Assembly (NCBI GenBank): GCA_002898735.1
Contig: BEHY01000005.1
Location: forward strand, 4,772-68,771
Direction of reading: 5' to 3'
DNA from: Candidatus Thermoflexus japonica
Lineage (GTDB): Bacteria; Chloroflexota; Anaerolineae; Thermoflexales; Thermoflexaceae
Length of the DNA: 64,000 bases
In this document: piece after piece, positions 59,249 to 64,000 of the stretch
Numbering within the stretch: the first letter of the stretch is position 1
Layout of the letters: every line of letters starts with the position of its first letter
The notes under the pieces: generated by a model
What the model saw: the letters and a program-made list of their open reading frames with translations, nothing else
Told to the model about the DNA's origin: nothing
Database searches by the model: none
Program-made: the position numbers and the translations under genes

Positions 59249-60015
59249 GGCTTTCCCTCCTCCGGAAGGGTGATCCCGCCAGCAATGAGCTCCGCGACCA
59301 TCTCCGGCGAGACATCGGTTTTGCGGAAGTCCCCGATCTTGCGCCCGTGGCTTAAGATGACCAGACGATCCGCCACCGGATAGACGTGATAGATGTTATG
59401 GGTGATGAAGATCACCGAGAGGCCCCGCCGGCGGACTTCCTCCACATACCCCAGCACCTTGCGGGTCTCTTTGATCGAGAGCGCGGAAGTGGGCTCATCG
59501 AGGATCAGCAGGCGCACACCGAAGTGGAGGGCGCGGCCGATCGCGATCGATTGTCGCTCCCCACCCGACAGCACGGAGACGGGCTCCCATACCGAACGGA
59601 CCCGGATGCCGATCTCCTCCAGCACCTGACGAGTGACCTGCTCCATCTCCCGCATATCGAGGAATGAGAAAGGCCCGACCCGCCGCACCGGCTCCCGGCC
59701 CAGGAAGAAGTTCCGGGCGATGCTCATCATCTCCACCAGGGCCAGATCCTGGTAAACGGTCTCAATGCCCAGCGCTCGCGCCTCGCGGGGCGAGCGGAAG
59801 CGAACCGGACGGCCCTCGAAGTAGATCTCGCCGTCATCCGGCGGGTAGACCCCGGTCAGGACCTTGATCAGCGTGGATTTCCCGGCGCCGTTATCCCCCA
59901 GGAGGCCGACCACCTCCTGATAGCCCACGGCGAAATCCACCCCGGCCAGGGCCTCCACACCGTCGAACCGCTTGACGATCCCGCGCATCTCCACCAGCCA
60001 GCGCCCTTCGCTCAT
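59245..60015 (-). CDS. CUT2 ABC transporter ATPase (single NBD)
   Basis: GDNGAGKST, LSGGERQ and LILDEPT. Confidence 0.93.
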   Translation of the reverse strand: MSEGRWLVEMRGIVKRFDGVEALAGVDFAVGYQEVVGLLGDNGAGKSTLIKVLTGVYPPDDGEIYFEGRPVRFRSPREARALGIETVYQDLALVEMMSIARNFFLGREPVRRVGPFSFLDMREMEQVTRQVLEEIGIRVRSVWEPVSVLSGGERQSIAIGRALHFGVRLLILDEPTSALSIKETRKVLGYVEEVRRRGLSVIFITHNIYHVYPVADRLVILSHGRKIGDFRKTDVSPEMVAELIAGGITLPEEGKP

Positions 60016-60095
60016 CGTCGCTCCTCGTTTCCATCCCGCATCCACGCGATGGGGCCGGAAAGGGCGTGGGCGCCCCGGATGCCAGATCGAGCGCC

Positions 60096-61154
60096 TCACC
60101 CCGACCGTCGGATCCGCAGGTTGATGATCACCGCTCCGACCAGCACCAGCCCGATGAACGCGCGATACCAGTAGGCCGGCGCGCCGGCCAGCACCAGGCC
60201 GTTGCGGACCATCCCCACGATCAGCGCCCCGAGCACCGTGCCGATCACGCTCCCATAGCCCCCCGTGAGCAGGGTCCCGCCGGTCACCGTGGCCGCAATC
60301 GCTTCCAGTTCGACTCCTTCCCCTCGCAGGGGATCCACCGATCCGAAGCGGCTGAACTGGATGATGCCCGCCAGGGCGGCCAGGACCGCGGTGAGGATGA
60401 ACCCGATCTGCTTCACCCGCGCCACCTCCACCCCCAGGGCTCGGGCCGCCTGGGGGTTGCCCCCCGAAGCGAAGATCGCGTTCCCGAAGGGCGTGCGGGT
60501 GAGAACGAGGGTGGCGATCAGCGCAACCGTCAGGAACCAGAGGGCAGAGGCATGGAAACCACCGGGGAGCCGGCCGGAGAGAACGAACATAAGAAGGGAT
60601 TTCCCCTCATAGGCGATGGGAAACCCGCCGGTCACCGCCAGGAGCACCCCCCGCCAGAACATCATGGACCCCAGGGTAACGATGAATGAGGGGAGCCGCC
60701 CGCGGGTCACCACCCAGCCGTTCAGCGCCCCGATCGCCGCCGCCAGGGAGAGGGCCGCCAGGAACGCGAGGAGATGAGGGATCCCGGCCCGGGCCATCAG
60801 CGCGAACGCCATCGCCGAGACCCCCAGCACGGAGCCCACCGAGAGATCGAATTCCCCGGCGATCATCAGCAGCGTGACGCCAATCGCCACCAGCCCCAGC
60901 TCCGCGGCGATGGTCATGATCCCGGCCAGAGAGTCCAGGGTGAGGAAGTAGGGGGCCGCGATCGCAAAGCCGAGAAAGACAGCGAGGAAACCGGCCAGCG
61001 CCCCCACCTCCGGGTATCGCCGCAGCTCCGCCAGGGAAATCCCTCGTATCCGCCGGCGGGCCTGCGCCTGCACACGCGCCTCAACCGCTTGCGGATCCAT
61101 TGCGGACGCACTCAACCATGGGTTCATCGGGACCTGCGCCTGCTGGGCCCCCAT
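60096..61154 (-). CDS. CUT2 ABC permease (RbsC-like)
   Basis: GEFDLSVG, FIVTLG, GGNPQAARALG and ELEAIAATVTGG. Confidence 0.93.
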   Translation of the reverse strand: MGAQQAQVPMNPWLSASAMDPQAVEARVQAQARRRIRGISLAELRRYPEVGALAGFLAVFLGFAIAAPYFLTLDSLAGIMTIAAELGLVAIGVTLLMIAGEFDLSVGSVLGVSAMAFALMARAGIPHLLAFLAALSLAAAIGALNGWVVTRGRLPSFIVTLGSMMFWRGVLLAVTGGFPIAYEGKSLLMFVLSGRLPGGFHASALWFLTVALIATLVLTRTPFGNAIFASGGNPQAARALGVEVARVKQIGFILTAVLAALAGIIQFSRFGSVDPLRGEGVELEAIAATVTGGTLLTGGYGSVIGTVLGALIVGMVRNGLVLAGAPAYWYRAFIGLVLVGAVIINLRIRRSG

Positions 61155-61226
61155 CGGGAAAGCCAGATCCCCCCGCTCTCCTTCTCCGCCTCCCCCGCGC
61201 CTTTCAGGCCACAGGGAGGAGAGAGG

Positions 61227-61312
61227 GGCTGCAGGGACACCGAAGGCGCCCCGCAGCCCCAGAAGCCTCCGGAGGGGATTTGCTCGCGCAGCGGCTTCGT
61301 CCCGCGAGCGGG
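61227..61312 (-). repeat. Intergenic hairpins between the solute-binding protein and permease genes, possible mRNA-stability elements
   Basis: GGGGCTGC...GCAGCCCC stem and GCTCGCG...CGCGAGC stem. Confidence 0.4.
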
Positions 61313-61320
61313 CCCCAGGT

Positions 61321-62301
61321 TTAACGGATGCCCTGCTTGATCAGCTCCTCCACCTGGCTCACATTGTCCTTATCCACAAAGCCCGGCCCGGTCAGCACGT
61401 CGTTGGCCGGCCGCAACCCATATTTCTTGTAGAGATAGAGCCAGGTGATGGCCATGTAACCCTGCAGGTATTGCTGCTGATCGATGGCGAACAGCGTCAC
61501 CCCTTCCTTGATCGCCGACAGCGTCCCGGGGTGCAGATCGAACGTCCCATGGAGCACCTTGCCGACCAGGTTGTTCTCCTTCAGGAACTTCACCGCCGGG
61601 TCCGTGCCCAGGGGGCCGAGGGTGAGGAGGGCATCCGTATCCGGGTTGCGGGTGAAGTAAGCCTTGAGGGCCTCCACCGCCTTGGTGGGATCCGTGCCGA
61701 TGTCCAGCTTCTCCACCGGCACGTTCTTCTCCTTCATCCCATCCAGGAAGCCCTGACAGCGGGCCTCCAGGCCCACGTGGCCAACCTCGTGGATGGCGCA
61801 CACGGCCCGTTTGGGCGTGCGCACGGCGAGCATCCGCTGGGCCGCCCGGAGCCCGCCCAGATACTCATCCATGCCGATGTAGAACATATACGGGATGCGC
61901 TCTCCCTCCGGGCGCGGATCGGCGACGTTGATCGCCACCACCGGGATGCCCTGCTGGATCGCCCGACGCAGCGGCTCATCGAGGGCCTTGGGGTCTGTGA
62001 TGGTCACCGCCAGCCCGTCCGGCCTGGCGGCGATGGCGCTGTTGAGGAGGTTCACCAGCTCCTGGATGGAGAACTTCTCCGGCCCGAAGTATTTCGCTTC
62101 CACCGGATAAACCTTCGCGGCGTCGTTCATCCCTTTGATCACCACCCCCCAGAAGGGATCGGCAGGGCCGCCGTGGGAGACGATGTAAAACGTGAACTCC
62201 TTCTTCGGGGGAGCGGCGGCAGGCGTGGCCGGGGCGCACGCCCCCAGCAGCAAGCCCAGGACCAGGAGAATGGGAATCCACCGGCGGACGGTGCGAATCA
62301 T
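61321..62301 (-). CDS. CUT2 (periplasmic binding protein type 1) sugar or polyol-binding lipoprotein
   Basis: Lipobox LLGAC; SHGGPADPFW, GMDEYLGG and IDQQQYLQGY; ATGA overlap with the LacI gene. Confidence 0.9.
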   Translation of the reverse strand: MIRTVRRWIPILLVLGLLLGACAPATPAAAPPKKEFTFYIVSHGGPADPFWGVVIKGMNDAAKVYPVEAKYFGPEKFSIQELVNLLNSAIAARPDGLAVTITDPKALDEPLRRAIQQGIPVVAINVADPRPEGERIPYMFYIGMDEYLGGLRAAQRMLAVRTPKRAVCAIHEVGHVGLEARCQGFLDGMKEKNVPVEKLDIGTDPTKAVEALKAYFTRNPDTDALLTLGPLGTDPAVKFLKENNLVGKVLHGTFDLHPGTLSAIKEGVTLFAIDQQQYLQGYMAITWLYLYKKYGLRPANDVLTGPGFVDKDNVSQVEELIKQGIR

Positions 62302-63368
62302 GGCAACCTCCTTTCAGCCAGAAGGTGGGGAACTACCGGGATGGAGCCTTCCGGGGGTGGGCCGCATGAGGCCCGCTCCACCAGACGGCAGGGCAGCTGC
62401 AGCTGAGGAGAGACCCGCTCCCCCTGCAGCAGGCGGAGCAGCATGCTCATAGCGGTCCGCCCCATCTCATACTTGGGCTGGGCGATCGTCGTGAGAGGGG
62501 GTTCCGTGTAGGCGGCGAAGAGGATATCATCAAAGCCGATAATCGAAAGGTCCTCCGGAACCCGCAGCCCCGCGACTCGGGCAGCCCGAAGGGCCCCGAT
62601 CGCCGTCATATCGTTGTAGCAGAACACGGCCGTCGGCCGGACCGGGGCCTCCAGCAGGCGTTGAATGCCCCACTCCCCGGCCTCCGGCCGGCCGTTTCCT
62701 TCCACAACCCATGCGGGATCCGGCGGGATGCCTGCGGCCGTGAGAGCCTCCTGATAACCCGCCCGCCGCAACCGATCTGAGCGGGCCATGGGGGGGCCGC
62801 TGATGTAAGCGATGCGGGTGTGGCCCAGGCGCATCAGATACGAAACCGCCAGCACCGCCCCCTGATAGCTGTCCGAGGCGACGGAATAAATGAGCGGCGC
62901 CTCCCGCTGCTGATTAATGAGCACAATGGGGACCCCGAGGGCTTCCAGATAGGGGAGGTAGAGCTCGCCGACGCGAGAGGAGGCCACGATCACGCCCTCC
63001 ACCCGGCTCTCCGCCAGGGCCCGCACCGCGGCCAGCTCCCGCTCCGGATCGGCGTTGGAGGTGGCCAGGAACAGGCGATAGCCCGCCTCCAGGGCCACTT
63101 CCTCCACGCCGCGGACGATCTCCGCCAGAAAGGGATCCGCCAGGGTGGTGATGACCAGGCCGATGATGGATGTGCGGGTGGTGACCAGGCTCCGCGCGGC
63201 CGCGTTGGGCACATAGCCCATCCGCGCCGCCAGCCGACGGATCCGCTCGGCCGTGCGGGGATTGACCAGGGGGCTCCCCCGCAACGCCCGCGAGACCGTG
63301 GAGTGGGAGACGCCAGCCCTTCGCGCGATATCCTTGATCGAAACCCGCCGGGAAGCGCGTCGGCCCAT
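62298..63368 (-). CDS. LacI family transcriptional regulator
   Basis: SIKDIARRAGVSHSTVSRAL HTH, YVPN hinge, FCYND and GFDD. Confidence 0.95.
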   Translation of the reverse strand: MGRRASRRVSIKDIARRAGVSHSTVSRALRGSPLVNPRTAERIRRLAARMGYVPNAAARSLVTTRTSIIGLVITTLADPFLAEIVRGVEEVALEAGYRLFLATSNADPERELAAVRALAESRVEGVIVASSRVGELYLPYLEALGVPIVLINQQREAPLIYSVASDSYQGAVLAVSYLMRLGHTRIAYISGPPMARSDRLRRAGYQEALTAAGIPPDPAWVVEGNGRPEAGEWGIQRLLEAPVRPTAVFCYNDMTAIGALRAARVAGLRVPEDLSIIGFDDILFAAYTEPPLTTIAQPKYEMGRTAMSMLLRLLQGERVSPQLQLPCRLVERASCGPPPEGSIPVVPHLLAERRLP

Positions 63369-63377
63369 CGGAGGAAT

Positions 63378-63393
63378 TTGCACACGTGTGCAA
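63378..63393. promoter_or_regulatory. LacI-type operator (perfect 16-bp palindrome)
   Basis: TTGCACACGTGTGCAA with central CG, immediately downstream of the -10 element. Confidence 0.75.
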
Positions 63394-63403
63394 TTTGGTT
63401 CCT

Positions 63404-63432
63404 ATGATATTCGATGAGATCGATTTTGTCAA
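63404..63432 (-). promoter_or_regulatory. Consensus sigma70 promoter driving the LacI gene and the catabolic island
   Basis: Minus strand TTGACA (63432-63427), 17 nt, TATCAT (63409-63404). Confidence 0.8.
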
Positions 63433-63583
63433 GGGCTGGCAAAGCGGCATGGGGAGGAAGCTGTTTTTCGGCGAGGGTGGGCGCTGGGTGGATGCCTGTA
63501 GGCGCGCCCGCTCACACCGAAAGCTCGAAAAGATCCGGGGACATTCGAGCTACACATGGAAGGCGCATCCCGAATTGAATAGA

Positions 63584-64000
63584 TCAAGCTGAGGATATGG
63601 GGGTCACCAGCACGCCCGGATTCATGATCCCGGCCGGATCCAGGGTGCCCTTCACGCTCTGAAGGATCTCCAGGGCCAGGGGGCCATGCTCTACGACCAG
63701 GAGCGACCGGAGATCCCGTCCCGTTCCGTGGTGATGGGTGATCGTCCCCCCACACGCCAGAAACGCTTCCAGGGCCGTCCGCTGGAGGTCCCGCCAGGCC
63801 TCGCGCAGCGCTTCCCGAGGTGGACGGGCGAAGAAGGTGAAATACAGCGCGCAGCCGTCCGGATATCCGTGGGTCACTCGACACATCACCCCACCGACCG
63901 GCGACCAGCGATCGATCCGCTGAAGCAACCGCTCTCGCACCGTCCGCACAGTTTCCTCTACCCGAGGCCATGGCACAGCCGTCTCCACCGTATCCAGGAG
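63584..64000 (-). CDS. C-terminal part of an FAD-linked oxidase (alkyl-DHAP synthase or D-lactate dehydrogenase-like); 5' part lies beyond the window
   Basis: LDTVETA, CRVTHGYPDG, TITHHHGTG and LDPAGIMNPG. Confidence 0.8.
   Translation of the reverse strand, partial: LLDTVETAVPWPRVEETVRTVRERLLQRIDRWSPVGGVMCRVTHGYPDGCALYFTFFARPPREALREAWRDLQRTALEAFLACGGTITHHHGTGRDLRSLLVVEHGPLALEILQSVKGTLDPAGIMNPGVLVTPISSA

Noticed and set aside
1-64000. CRISPR arrays, rRNA, tRNA, integrases, transposases and prophage genes
   Set aside because: No regularly spaced direct repeats or diagnostic motifs were found by eye; covariance-model and HMM scans would be needed to exclude small RNAs

Overview
This is a high-GC bacterial chromosomal window. 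I infer a thermophilic Chloroflexota, probably Thermoflexus-like, from the Pro/Thr-linker lipoproteins, the protein style and the gene content. About 1-42 kb is mostly housekeeping: glcDE, serS, tlyA, Slt, tRNA nucleotidyltransferase, upp, gatCA, a stand-alone rpoB, tilS, hisGCB, rpsO-pnp and garR. rpoB has no adjacent rpoC and is followed by its own terminator. It also carries a repeat-containing insertion and substitutions in the rifampicin pocket. About 42.4-63.4 kb is a 21-kb minus-strand catabolic island that begins at a consensus sigma70 promoter with a perfect LacI-type operator. It resembles the Thermotoga-type inositol route (IolM, IolN, IolO, UxaE, a UxuB-like reductase, GntK, Gnd) and has two ABC importers. 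Four features depart from that route. There is a lower-GC cassette with a glycerophosphodiesterase fused to an apparently NLP/NPP1-like domain. No IolG is present, but an extra Zn-dehydrogenase is. No UxuA or GntE is present, but a D-2-hydroxyacid dehydrogenase is. A structured element of about 175 nt lies upstream of the second importer. No rRNA, tRNA, CRISPR array or transposase was recognised. All family assignments are from motif recognition and memory, not from database searches.
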